This document shows positions 31,907-43,787 of a stretch of DNA of 64,000 nucleotides, in pieces. The notes beneath the pieces are model-generated. The model saw only the letters and a program-made list of their open reading frames with translations. It was not told where the DNA came from and did no database searches. The DNA lies in NCBI GenBank assembly GCA_000091205.1, contig AP006495.2. One strand, given 5' to 3'. The number at the start of each line of letters is the position of its first letter. Positions within the stretch are counted from its first letter, which is position 1. The position numbers and the translations under genes are program-made. This DNA comes from Cyanidioschyzon merolae (taxonomy: Eukaryota).

Positions 31907-33232
31907 TGAAAGAGCATAAAAGGGTATTCTGATCCATGTCCTCTATTCCTGGATTTCTCATTGTTTTCCGAACTTTTGCAAATGTATAGACTGCACATTC
32001 GACGTGTAGCAGAACTGGTCTTCCTAGGATCCATGCCTAGTTCTAGGATTCTCGGTTGTGTCTTCCTGGTCGCTCTTCTGACTCTCGCAGAAGGGCATTC
32101 ATTCTTCCACTCTCGTAAAAAGCATTCGCGACGCCCTCGAGAAAAGCTTAGCAAAATAAGCTGTACCATACTTCATCCCACAATCAGAGCCTCAACGCTT
32201 CTCAGCTCCGTACTCGTCGCGTGCTCAAAGCACGCGTTCTTCCAATTTTCGATCTATCAGTCGCGAAGCAACTCGTGGCGCTGTGATTCGCTCTAGTCGT
32301 TTGACAACGGCAAAAAGTCGACTTCGCCTCCCGCCAAGTCCTTCACAAGCTCATGGCGAAAGTTGACTAACCATGTCACGTCGAGTCATCGATTCTATTC
32401 GAACCACAAACGTACCTCTCTTTGTTGCCAACGACCAAGCGGCATTCCTCAGCAGCATGACACTTCTGGCGTCGTACGCTCCCGAAGCCTTCTATCGCTT
32501 CTGTTTTCGAGGGAGAAGGGTCTGGGCTCGGCCCTGAGCCATCGCCACGATAGCAACCCGTAGAGGGAGTCACAGCTTTGCATGAAGAGAGCGCAGACGG
32601 GTCGGAATTTTACGGTTTGATCTCCCGTCTGGATTCTCCTTCCGTTGCTTGGTTCACCACGGACAGCATCGCGTGCCCAGAGTCCGACATCCCATGGAAC
32701 AGCTTGCGCTTGCTTGCGCTTGCTTGCGCTCGCTTTTGCAGTGGACAGCGTACGCAACGAGGCATCGCGCCGAAGAAGCCCGTGATCGTCGGGTGCGGCA
32801 TCGAGCGCGGAGACTGAGAACGGCATCTACGGAAACCTCTTACACTCGTCAAGGGCATGTAGCGCGCGTTCAAGTCAGCGTTCATGGTCCGCATGGCGGC
32901 CGCCGGCCATGGCGACGTGGACGATATGTTAGAACGCATGTCGACAGCGGAGTGCATCTGTTTCGAATGACGCGCCGAGACTGTACGTACAGAAGATGAG
33001 AATGGCAAGCGAAGCGTTCATCGGAACTACAGTCTGTGCAGGAAAGGCGTGGACAACGGGCTGAAGCGACGAAATCTTGACTTGTACGGGGACGTCCATA
33101 TCCTTCGACTGCCGAGAGCGCAGCTGGAGCGACATGAGAGACGGGCGCATCTAAACTCGGAGGTGGGAGAGCAAAAGGAAGCAGCTGCATAAATATCCCG
33201 CAAAGGTTGGTGTTGATGACAATATGAAGGGA
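31907..33232. repeat. Segment B-prime: inverted copy of 16240-17575, starting about 30 bp from the copy-6 left end
   Basis: See segment B. The shorter minisatellite is at 32701-32733. Confidence 0.7.
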
Positions 33233-33635
33233 CCCAAATTTTCGCGTATATGCCCAAGTAAGATGAAGCGACCCTTTCCATTTTTTATGACATGGTTGTA
33301 ATAGATGCCGGTCAGCTTTCTTCAGGATGCATTCCGAGACGGGGAGCTCCGGAAAAATTTTTGAACTTTCCAAATTTTGGAGAGAGCACAAAGCGCGCTC
33401 AATCAGACTGGATGGCATGCAGTAGAAAAACTGAGTCGAAAAACATGTATTCTATAAGGAGAATAAATCTTAATCGAACGAAAATCACACGATAATAGCA
33501 GATCATGTCAGTCTCGCGAACAGAGCGATGAAAACGAGAATTTACACAAAGCCTCCACAAGGATGCGCGCGAAAGTCTTCCTGCAACGCTGTGCGCACAG
33601 CCTACTATGCGAGCTTCAGCTCAATTTTCCGAGAC

Positions 33636-35441
33636 TCAGCGAAGTGCAAGTGCGATTTCCTGATCATCGAGTTGGCTGCCGATCTCTTCCTCGCTAGAAA
33701 TCACGTTTGCCGACTTGAAGGGACGCAGCGCGTCGCGTACGTGCTGCTCAGATCTGGGTAGACCGTAAACTCGAAAGGGCATCAGGTCATCCAGAGAGAA
33801 TCGCGGCACTCTTCTGACCTCATCAACAAAAAGTTCGAAGACAAAAGCGAATTCTGGGAGTGTTGTAATCGCTTGCAGCAACTCCAACGGAATCCTTTCC
33901 ATCAGATTTGGCATCATGTGTATCAGGCGCCCGAGTCTCATGCGACGAACTTGCTCTCTGTAAAAGTCAGAAAAAGAGAGATGAGACGCGTATGCTCCCA
34001 ATACGTAAAGCACGCCAGTCATGCCCGCGTACACAGGCTCCTCCGAGACCTCGCCGAAACTATGCAGTTCTGGACAGTGACTCGTGTATGCCCTATCCAA
34101 CTGGTTATGCAGCCAGGAGCTAACTGTTTTCATCCACTGAAGAGCCATCAATAGATTTGCAGCAGCGTTAGAAGCAACGAGTGCACCTGCATTAAGAACT
34201 GCCAATGATCGTGAGCTTAACGGGCGCCCAGTGTCGAAGAAAAACGTAAGAAGATGTCGCAGAATAAGCTCTAACGCTGCCGACCCAGAGTGACTCAAAA
34301 ACACAAAGAGTATGAATGGAACACGGCGACTCGTCGCAACTGGCATCACGTGTGCTTCAAATGCTACATATAGAGCATCTAGAAACGTATCAATCTGTTT
34401 TCTAGTTATCTGACTGCAAAACAAGAAAACTTCGTCTAAGCATGTGTCGAGTTTTTTGCTCAAAGACTCGGCAGATAGCTCCGCGATCGCAGGATCCACT
34501 AGTGTGGAGCTATCTTGCTCAATACTAGCTTCGGTCCTTTCCGAATCTCCAAGCTCAAACACGGAGAGATCATGATTGCCGTCGTCGCTCAAATGCTTTT
34601 CAACAAAAGACTCTGGGCTCGTCACCAGTCCTGTGGGGAAATCAAGCGCAGCCAAATATTCGAGTTCTAAAATCACCAGCCTTCGAAAGAGAAGGGAAAG
34701 CATCGCAGAAACACGCGTCTTTGCGTAGCTTAATGAGCAAAGCAGCATTCTTACGTACATGATGAACTGCTTCTCTGGACGGGAGGCATGCGGAAAGTAC
34801 TTTTCGAGATAAAATAGGTAACACTCTTCCGTTCGGGGTATCAGCGATATCAGGTTGCTAAGGACGTCATGCACAGTACCGCAGCCATCTTCCGACAAGG
34901 TTGGAAAACTCTGAACAAGGAAAGAAACCACCGGTTCTAGGTACTGAACGTCTTGCAGTACCAGACTCGTGACGAACCCCCGAAACGCAATTTTATTCGT
35001 CGTGGAACGGCAGACACCGGCCGTGAGCAAAGCGGCGATCACGCCGTCCCAGAAACCATTCGTTATTTTTGGTAGCACCCTGATAATGATCTCAAAGAAA
35101 AGTTCAAGTTCAGAGTCATCGGCCTTGGCGAGTCTCGCGGGAAGTGCGTCTCGAAGCTCAGCCAGAACAGTTGACTCGCCTAATAACCCAGTACCTTCCG
35201 AGCACGTTTGCTCGTTCAGGCATCGCTCGAGGTTCCTTACGGTTTCTTCTAGGCTAGATTGCGTGTTGGCGGAAGTTTCGACATCGTAGTCGTCTCTTGC
35301 CTCTGAGGCCAGTGTTGCAGCACACTCCATACGGCCGCTCGGGCACTGAAAAGCGGACTTCAACTCCCGGCCAGTCTGTACCAACACATATGCAGCGGCG
35401 TCGGGGCGAACATCGGCGGCTTGCATGGCAGCGCTGTCCAT
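33636..35441 (-). CDS. Large hypothetical protein with weak RRN3/TIF-IA-like resemblance (tentative). The track ORF extends to 35564 (GTG), and the first ATG is near 35441
   Basis: Uninterrupted 600-640 aa ORF, helical-repeat composition. RVPFILFVFLSHSGSAALELILRHLL...LAVLNAGALVASNAAANL is reminiscent of the RRN3 core, but I cannot verify this. Confidence 0.3.
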   Translation of the reverse strand: MDSAAMQAADVRPDAAAYVLVQTGRELKSAFQCPSGRMECAATLASEARDDYDVETSANTQSSLEETVRNLERCLNEQTCSEGTGLLGESTVLAELRDALPARLAKADDSELELFFEIIIRVLPKITNGFWDGVIAALLTAGVCRSTTNKIAFRGFVTSLVLQDVQYLEPVVSFLVQSFPTLSEDGCGTVHDVLSNLISLIPRTEECYLFYLEKYFPHASRPEKQFIMYVRMLLCSLSYAKTRVSAMLSLLFRRLVILELEYLAALDFPTGLVTSPESFVEKHLSDDGNHDLSVFELGDSERTEASIEQDSSTLVDPAIAELSAESLSKKLDTCLDEVFLFCSQITRKQIDTFLDALYVAFEAHVMPVATSRRVPFILFVFLSHSGSAALELILRHLLTFFFDTGRPLSSRSLAVLNAGALVASNAAANLLMALQWMKTVSSWLHNQLDRAYTSHCPELHSFGEVSEEPVYAGMTGVLYVLGAYASHLSFSDFYREQVRRMRLGRLIHMMPNLMERIPLELLQAITTLPEFAFVFELFVDEVRRVPRFSLDDLMPFRVYGLPRSEQHVRDALRPFKSANVISSEEEIGSQLDDQEIALALR

Positions 35442-36309
35442 TTTGTACAGCTTGAAACCCGATAAAAGTTCGTCACCGAAAGATGCTACAGAGAAGGCGT
35501 CGATCTCATTGGCTAATCTGGTATGTTTCTGCTTTCGCTGTCCCGCACTTCCGCACAAGGACACATGGTTTTCGAATGGACTGGGGAATGAATGTTTCCG
35601 ATGGTACCGTCAGTGGCGAGCGATGTGAAAGAGCGCTTGCTTTGATTTTGGAGCGTAACACTCAGAGCTCTTGACGCGTGCCTGAACTATAGTTGACAAG
35701 CTGGTATGTGTGCAGTCAAATTATCATTCCAGGTCGAAGCCGTAGCGTTTGATCTGATGCAATTCTTCCAAACGCCCGCAGGTAGGCGATGCGGAGTCTG
35801 GCCAGACTTTGAGTCCCTTTAGTGCGGTTAGCAGCAGCAGCAGCGAGTCAGGAAACGATAGAACTGGCGACATCTGGACCGTGCATCGCTACCGCCAGCT
35901 TTTCTGTTTGGTGGCATCTCAAACGAGCCCGTTGTTCGTACAAAATGGGTACGGAGACGTACAGAGCAGCAAATGTCGTCAGGGTGTGTTGCTTCGTTAC
36001 AGACTCGTTTTCCATGCACCGAAGGAAAACTTCTGCGAGTCGCGCGCTGTCTTCCGACGCTCTGTGAACTCTTTAGTCTTATTCCTTCGGCTTTGCAAAG
36101 CTGGATCAAACAAAACTGTATGGAATGCACCCAAGAGGCACTGGAAGCAATCCAAAACGAACCGCAAGCCTGCCGTCAATTCCGGAGATGTATGGTGCCA
36201 CTCGGTTTCCTCCGTTGCAGGAAATGCGCATTTCCTATGAGGTTCCATTCAGTTTGCCATCGTGCAGAGTCAAACGAGCAAAAAAGTTTCGTGACCCTTA
36301 GGTAAATTA

Positions 36310-37660
36310 AAATGCTCCTGTAGGCGCCTCCCATCCTTTTTTGACTAAATGCCTCTTATCGGTTTCAGTTTCTCCACGTTCACTTGGGCCTGGAGAAGCT
36401 GTCCCACAAAGTTGGTTCGCTTCAGCTCAGCGGGTCTCTTCTTCAGCACCGCAAAGCCCCATATATCAATAGCAGCATTGAGGTCTCGCTCCACGATCCC
36501 CAAGCCTTTATTGATGCTGCTTGGACCGACCAGTGCAAGTCGTCCTCGACCTCGTGCCCTCTGTGCCAATTCCTTCTTTATCAGGTCTTCGTGTTTTTCC
36601 ATCGCCGAAACGCCCTGCTGGCTCTTCTTAAAGTCGACGTTCTGAAACGTACATCCCAGCTTACATATCCCATGAATTTTTCATTTCCTCAAATTGAACG
36701 CACTTCTTCGCGCCTCTAGGCGACGACCTGCCCGGAGACAGACGGACCTGCGGATGGACGACGATATGTGCCCCGGTGCGTTACATTGCGGTGCACGCTT
36801 CAGCGATTCGCCATGTGCAGCGATCATCACGTTTCACGAAAGGAAACACTCCTTCGATGCGGCTCAACCATGGACTGTACGAAGCAATGGAAAGCAGCGC
36901 TACCCCGATAGAATCGGCAAAGCCCGGGCGCGACGGGAAAGAGTGCATTGGCGTATTGTCCTATATAAAAGGATTCCGCCAGGCGTCAGGGAGTGTGTGT
37001 CTTGAATGACTCGACGAGGTGGCTGGTGCTCTTGTATGAGCCTTCTGCAACAGCGAAACGGAGACCTCGAAATGAGTCCGCTGCAGCTGGAATAGATGAT
37101 GATTTCCGAACTCTCCTTGAGTTTGGTGTTAGATATGAAGGGCGCCCTGTATGCGGATGCCCATGTACGATCCGGCTGTTTCGCGCGAAGGAGGTCTCGC
37201 CGGCTGAGCAACCGAACAGAAGCCCCTACGCCGCATACCGGCGGAGACGTTCCAGGAACTCTGCCGTTGCGATTTATGCGGAAGACGGACATGAATGAAA
37301 CAGGACTCTTTTTTGCGACTGTGTCGCAATGTCTCCAGGGCCGCACGAACGAGATGTCGACAAACAAAGACGACCGTGGTGGCTGCTATAGTCGCTTTTG
37401 TTTTCCGCAGAGTGCCTGTTGGGGCGCTTTTCTACGATTGACCGAAAACAGGCTTTAAGAATACCTGTTTACGCCGCGGAGCGAATGCACCCTATTCCAG
37501 CGTTTCTCAACCATGTGAGTTCTGTGGTATGAGTGACCTGAAGAGAGAATGCAGTACACCTTGCACTGTTCAGAAACGATATATACCCTACAGGCAACTC
37601 ATCTATGATCTATAGAACGCATTATACAGTGACGTCGAAGACCTTCTGCAATACATCGCC
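36310..37660 (-). mobile_element. Family II internally deleted Fanzor derivative, copy 7 (fragment 36345-36602 plus the 1-kb region), truncated at the right end
   Basis: The fragment is identical to 10818-11126 and the 1-kb region matches copies 4 and 6. It lacks the terminal agtggcg..gacaaaacg part of the right end. Confidence 0.6.
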
Positions 37661-37847
37661 TCCGGGGTGGAGCACAATGCAGTTGCAAGGTCATAAACGA
37701 ATCCACTCTGCGCGCAATGCGGAGGCGTTTCCGAAGTTGTATATGTAGCGACATAGTTATTCCGTTTTCGATCGTACCCTGTTTACGATTCTTTCCCGGA
37801 ACCGAAAATTGTCGGCCTGCTACGTCCTAGACGGGTGCCACAAGTAT

Positions 37848-38213
37848 ATGTCCGTAGACCAGTCCACAGCCGAGCCTGGTGAGAAAGCTAATTTAGAAGA
37901 GTGGGCGGCATCTCGTGTGGAGGAGTTGCGGAAAGTGGTCGCAAGCGGCCAGGCCGCTGGTGTGTTTACGGCCGCCGAAGTCCTTCCCGCGCTCGACGTT
38001 GACAGGGCAGTTCGCGAACTGGAGCGCGTGCATGCCCGAACTCTGCGTCTGGAACAGGCAAAACACGCCGTTAGGGCTCAACGTGAAAGTCTTGCACTTT
38101 TGAAAGCAGAGTTCGCCCTCGAAGATATAAGAAGGACGGTTGAAAACCTGCACGGAAAATCTGAGCGTTTACAACGGTGTTACCATTTTATCGAACAAGG
38201 CTGGCATAATTAG
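37848..38213 (+). CDS. Hypothetical small coiled-coil protein (track ORF 37809-38213, TTG start)
   Basis: Charged, heptad-like EELRKVVASGQAAG...LERVHARTLRLEQAKHAVRAQRESLALLKAEFALEDIRRTVENL; no family assignment. Confidence 0.25.
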   Translation: MSVDQSTAEPGEKANLEEWAASRVEELRKVVASGQAAGVFTAAEVLPALDVDRAVRELERVHARTLRLEQAKHAVRAQRESLALLKAEFALEDIRRTVENLHGKSERLQRCYHFIEQGWHN

Positions 38214-39353
38214 AAGCCGCACAACAGCAAACTAAGTTGCAGTTTAAGTGCGGAGATCCTTGGCACTCTTTGAAGAGGCTCGCTTTGACAACGCGGGGCC
38301 TGGTGATGCTTTGCTTTACGATATAGAGGCTACACTGGGTCATCATGCGAATAATGTATTGGGGAACGTGAAAGCGAGCCGCATCTGATCTGGTTTCGTG
38401 CTGGAGGAGCCTCGTATTCGTTTGTTTGACTGTTTCTCGTCTGCTGGTGCCGTATCTCGCTCATGGACTTTTGCCGGAATAACGCGTGGATACTCTCGTT
38501 TGTTTTGCAAAGTCTTTAGCACACAGATTTTGCCTCAGGGTGCTGTGGTCACGCCTTAAAGTCTTTCATAAGCCTACTATCACAGAAGACGAGGTTTTGC
38601 ATTTGGAGCTCGTAGCACACGAGATGTAGCTGCCCAACAGCGTTGTCGCACAGTTGATCTGGTGCAAAACATTGCCGGACAGCATTGCAACTGGAGTGTG
38701 TGTGTGGGGGAGAGGGAGGTTCCACTTGGGCATCAGCGTGGCTGCGCATGCGGAAAGCATCTTCTTCACGGTTGCGTCACGAAACGCAATATCAAAGCAT
38801 CGTGCTTGAAAGCACCCTGTCTGCTGACACATCGGCTCGATTTCCTGGAACGAGTTATTTTGTGCACGAACAGGACTGGCCGGGGTGCTAGATGATGAAC
38901 TGTTTGGGATAAGGCAGAGCACAGCAGATTATCACTCGAGTGCAGCAGCGCTGCTGGAGCTTGCATCCCAGATGGCGACTCGATTGGTCCTCGCCTTCAT
39001 GGAGCTGCGCTTTGAGCGCCTCCAAAGCGTACATGGAAAGGAGCATACAAATATAGAGGTACACGGGCACTCAGGTACATTTTCATGCAAGAGCCGTCGT
39101 CGAGCGCGTTTCGGCTATTGTGTTTAGACAACCATTCCAAAGCCCAGCGACTGTGCCACCGGCCTCACGCAAACAGTGCTAGCGAGAGCGCGCCGTGCTC
39201 CACTGCTAGGCCAGATGAACGCGACAACTCTCAGAGAGCTTGCACCTGAGATCGGACGGCTACGCAGTGGGCAATGCACTTGGAGACTACAGGTACACAG
39301 GTGAGATCACTCGAGATCGCTCTGCTGCGTGCCTGGAGCTCGGCCTTCGAACA

Positions 39354-40125
39354 GGAGCGGTTTCGTTTCGGGGAACTTTCGCGTGCGCTATGTGAGTTCT
39401 AGGGCTCCTATGCTCGACTGAGGGTACGCTGACGGTATTTCGAGACGTCATGTATGCGAGTGCTCCTCAGGCGCAGCCGCGGTGGTATATATGCTGCAGC
39501 TTGGGTTGGCGCCGGCGCCCAGCTCAGCTAGGACGCCATGTTGGGAGAGATGCTGCGCCGAAGCGACACAGGATATGCTTTGTACAGTTTTGAGCAGAGG
39601 CAGAATGCCGTGTTGCAACAGACGCTTTACAGCAGCGAGGCGCAGTAGTCACCAGAAAACTGCGGCGCGCCCGCTGTTGTCTCTGGGCTGTGTTACCGGC
39701 CTGTGCGTTATCGCACCCGTGTGGTAACTGGCCCTTCCAAAGGGCACCTCGCGCTGGCCCTACTGAATCCAGACGTCCACGAGTGACTACGTATGCTCCA
39801 GAGAGACCAAGCTGTCCCGAAGAGATGGGATGGCGACGCTCGCTCACCGCGAACCTATCATCATATCACTCTGGTGCATGGAAGGCCTGCTGTCTCAGTG
39901 GCGTACTCCTTGACTGCGCACTTGGCCTGCTCAAGCCGTCGGATGCCTGTAAAACCTAATGGAATATTCGACGCTGTGCTTCGGAAAGGCAGCGCTGGCG
40001 TCCAATAGACCTCCGGCAGGGAGCTGGCGGTGCTGCTGATATTGATGCTGGTGTCGTTGTCTCGTGCAATAAACGCAGGCCGGGTAATGCTCTTTTTCTT
40101 GAACGAGCCATTTTCCGAGATACTT
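39354..40125. repeat. 772-bp dispersed repeat R1, about 98.8% identical to R2 at 59903-60674 (direct orientation)
   Basis: Begins ggagcggtttcgtttcggggaactttcgcgtgcgctatgtgag and ends gaacgagccattttccgagatactt. The identical 81-aa ORFs 39482-39727 and 60031-60276 lie inside. Confidence 0.8.
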
Positions 40126-40480
40126 ACCAGCAGTTTGAAATCCAGTTGCTCTCAAAATAGGTACAAGTGTCGAAACAGGTATCCGAGCAAGAGATGTTTT
40201 GTACGTGTTGAAGCTCATGCGGGAGATACTGATCATGACAATGTAAACGGCGTGTCTCACGAATAATCTGACAGTTTCCTTGCTGCTGTCAATTGATGTT
40301 CAAAAGAGCTTCGTTCTTCCTCAGCAAAAAAGTGTAGCCCTCAGGAAGCTCCTTCCAGACGTAACCACATAATAGCACTTCCCACAGCAGGACGATAAGT
40401 CCCCAGGGAAGAGAGTTGCAGAACGGTGCCTTTTTGGCGTACGCTCCGGGACGCCTGCAGCGTACGAAACGAGGCGCGAA

Positions 40481-41473
40481 ATGGCAGGGAAACAGACACG
40501 GGTCCCGAGAAAAGAGTTTTTTAGGAGAGCAGACCTGCTTCTTCATAGGCTGCGTTACGATCGAGTGAAGCTTCTGAATGAAATACCCTGGCAGCCCTAC
40601 AATCCGGACTACCAGCCGCGGAGGGATTGGCTCACCGTTGCTGCTCTGCTCCCATGTGCGCTCCTGGGCCGCTACGTTCTCGAGAGGCTAATTCTGAAAC
40701 CTTTTTTTGCAAAGTTCAGTGAAAGGGGTCGCAAATCTCCTCGTTTAGCGTCAAAGATGGCCGAGAACTGCTTTTACGCTCTTTTCTATATCTGCAGCCT
40801 GTGCGCGGGGTTGTATGTATATCGCTCGGAAAACTGGAGAGTATCCTTCTTTGATGGAGCCTGCATAAGCGCATTCTGGGAGCTGTATCCACCAATATCA
40901 ACAGTTTTTCGACTCTACTACCTTTCAGAGCTCTGCTACTACATCTCCAGTGTCATTTTTCTTCTGACGCACGATACGAAGAGGAAAGATTTTACTGAAA
41001 TGGTTGTACACCACTTGGCAACAATATCGCTTATCACATTGTCCTATATGTGGGGCTGGATGCGTCTAGGTTTGGTCATTCTCATGCTGCATGATGCGGG
41101 CGATATTCTACTGTACACTGCGAAAGTAGTGCATTATCTTGGCTTGTGGCCCTCGAATATAGTGCTTTTCGTGTGCTTTGCCATTGTATTCTATATTACA
41201 AGGCTATTCCTCTTCCCGCGAATCATTCTGTCGGTATCTACGGAGCCGTGGATTGAGGTTACCAGAGAGCCGCTCGCCAACAGAATTTGGGTTGCCTACT
41301 GGGGGTTCTATATCGTGCAATTGATTGGTTTCGCCCTTTTCCTGAATATACTTTTGTATCTTCACTGTTTTTGGTTCACACTCATTCTGAAGATGATGTA
41401 CCGTGAAGTACTGCACCCCGGAAACGCCAAGTACTCGAAAGGCGATATTCGCTCCGATGATGAAGCCGAGTAG
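40481..41473 (+). CDS. LAG1: TLC-domain ceramide synthase (LAG1/LAC1 longevity-assurance homolog)
   Basis: Lag1p motif LLTHDTKRKDFTEMVVHHLATISLITLSYMWGWMRLGLVILMLHDAGDILLYTAKVVHY; multiple transmembrane segments; ATG at 40481. Confidence 0.85.
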   Translation: MAGKQTRVPRKEFFRRADLLLHRLRYDRVKLLNEIPWQPYNPDYQPRRDWLTVAALLPCALLGRYVLERLILKPFFAKFSERGRKSPRLASKMAENCFYALFYICSLCAGLYVYRSENWRVSFFDGACISAFWELYPPISTVFRLYYLSELCYYISSVIFLLTHDTKRKDFTEMVVHHLATISLITLSYMWGWMRLGLVILMLHDAGDILLYTAKVVHYLGLWPSNIVLFVCFAIVFYITRLFLFPRIILSVSTEPWIEVTREPLANRIWVAYWGFYIVQLIGFALFLNILLYLHCFWFTLILKMMYREVLHPGNAKYSKGDIRSDDEAE

Positions 41474-42180
41474 TCGAGTTTCACCGGGCAGACCTTGTTC
41501 TCACCCGAAGAGTATCAGTTTTTGCATCTCGCAAAGAACATGCGGGGGACAGAACGATTGCTTCTCTTCGTCAGTATCAAGAATTTGCGATTTCTACGTG
41601 TCGTCGACATGCCAATCGTCTGCTGTTTCCTTAAAAAACAAAGCATTCTGCGCGTTAAAAATTGTGCGCATACGCTGGGGAAATATCTTAGCATCACAAT
41701 ACGATTCATGCTTGCACCGATGCAAGATCTTTTTTCATCTTGAAAGCTGTTCTGAGATGAAAAGGTTATTCAACGAGGACCGAGCGATCCCATGTAGTAA
41801 CGCCACCCGTGCGCTTCGCTTGCTCTTCTCCACAAGATGACCGCATACTGTGTAATCGGAAAGATGCCTGCAGTATGTGCAAGGCCAATCTAATCATTGC
41901 ATTATGAACCATGAGCGCTGTCGAGCCGCATGCATATCAACACCCTGTACGTCTGGAAGGCCAATCTGATCACAATGCAAAATCATCCAAATGCGCTTTT
42001 GGGCCGTATGCACATCAACAGGCACCCAGAGAATGCAGCAACAGATTGGTTCCATTAGCTGGGAACGTTTCGAGTCTAGCTGGAGAAGGTGCGCATGTAG
42101 AAATTAAATGACTGCAGAGCAACGACGCTCATGATTATTGATCCAGTTCAGACGTTGTTAGGCCTGATTTGGGTCTCCTC

Positions 42181-43332
42181 TCAGGTTGGAACCCACCCTA
42201 CCATGTAGACGACCTGGAAAGTTGCCCCGATCCAGTCATTGTAGTGATCTGAAACGGAAACCTGTCCGTCACCGCGAGCGTTTTCTATTTGCATGTTCGG
42301 GAGAGAGAATCGTTCGCGATATATTTTTGATGCCTGTTGTAAGACTTTGCGACTGAGCCATGATTGCCGCCCCGCTAGTGCATTGCTCTCAGCCATTTTT
42401 TGCAAATGTTTTATCAATGTCATCATATCTGGGTACGGTACAATCATCGTGTCGACGTCAATCGTGATCATTTCGAAACCAACCCGCGTGAGAAGTCGGG
42501 CTGTATCCTGGAATTCTACCATGGGGCTGGTATGGATCCCGACGCCGCCGAGGAGTGAGTCCTCAGCAAGTTGCAAGGAGACTCGGAGTTCGTGTAGAGT
42601 TTCACCACCGAGCATCGCGCCCAGAAAGACCCCTCCTGGTAGCAGTGCTGCACGAACCTGAGCGAGCATACCTGGCAAATCATTGATCCAATGCATTGCC
42701 ATGCATGAGATAGCAAGATCAAACGGCGCTTTCTCGAGATAACCTCCCTGCCATAGCGCCGGCAAGAATAATTCTTCATCCGCAGTTAGCTGTGTAGTGC
42801 GAAACGGTGTTTCTGACAGCGGAAGACGCTCTAGACCATGCTCCAACATAGCTGATGACAGCTCTACCTCTACGAGCAGCTCGAGACCAGAAACGATCTT
42901 GTTTCCAACCAAGGAACGCCGAACATATGACGCTCCAGCTCCCACGTCCAATACTCGCCGAAACGAGCAGCGAAAGTCTAGCAGTCTTTCACACAGACGT
43001 TTCGCTACTTCACTGCGTAGGTATTCATATTCTGAAAAGTCTGCCTCTTTAGCCGCCCACTGGCGCTGAAGGTATTTAACCTGACGATCGAAAACGCACG
43101 TCCCGGTGCTCGCACAACGAAGAGTGCCCCAGCGGTGCAATAACGACTTGGCCCGACTTGCCAAGCCCAGCGCTAATAGACCGCGTTGAAGGCGCGCCCC
43201 AAGCGACTTGTTCACCAACCTCGCACTCGCGCTGAGGCAAAACAGCATTCCTAAACGTGAGTGGCATATTCCTTGCGCACTCAACAACAACAAAAAATTC
43301 ACGTTCCATGCGTCGTTCCGAGAACCAAGCAT
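42181..43332 (-). CDS. NDUFAF5: NDUFAF5-like SAM-dependent methyltransferase (complex I assembly factor)
   Basis: VLDVGAGASYV (SAM motif I) and FDLAISCMAMHWINDLPGMLAQVRAALLPGGVFLGAMLGGETLHELRVSLQLAE, closely matching the NDUFAF5 signature block. Confidence 0.8.
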   Translation of the reverse strand: MLGSRNDAWNVNFLLLLSAQGICHSRLGMLFCLSASARLVNKSLGARLQRGLLALGLASRAKSLLHRWGTLRCASTGTCVFDRQVKYLQRQWAAKEADFSEYEYLRSEVAKRLCERLLDFRCSFRRVLDVGAGASYVRRSLVGNKIVSGLELLVEVELSSAMLEHGLERLPLSETPFRTTQLTADEELFLPALWQGGYLEKAPFDLAISCMAMHWINDLPGMLAQVRAALLPGGVFLGAMLGGETLHELRVSLQLAEDSLLGGVGIHTSPMVEFQDTARLLTRVGFEMITIDVDTMIVPYPDMMTLIKHLQKMAESNALAGRQSWLSRKVLQQASKIYRERFSLPNMQIENARGDGQVSVSDHYNDWIGATFQVVYMVGWVPT

Positions 43333-43787
43333 GCTGTGGCCAACTGCGATTCAGTGCATTCGGTTCTGGAGATGGTTGCCTTCGTGCGTTAGTTCGGCAA
43401 ATTCTGTTCCCTGAATATCGAAGCGACTCTTTCTAGATGCCTCTAGAGCAATAATCCACAATGTCCGTCTTTGCCGCCGACTTTATTCATGAGGATTCCC
43501 CAGGTGTCTGACACTGAGCACCGTTCCAGAGACGCAAAGTGGCACCTCGGCTAGCGCGTCTCTCATGGATCCGCGAAGGCGCTGCCCTGCTGTTCGTCCA
43601 CATGATTTTTAGTATTAGATACGAACGAATTGGATGGTGCTTGCGCTTGAAGTCACTGTGCTGGTAGACGTTGCGCTGAAACCCGTGTGGTCCTAAAACG
43701 GAACGTGTTTACCAAGGTAACGCTGGCATGCGTCCAAACATTCGGGTCTAGAGCCATTTGCACCAACACCAGCATTTGCGACCTTTT

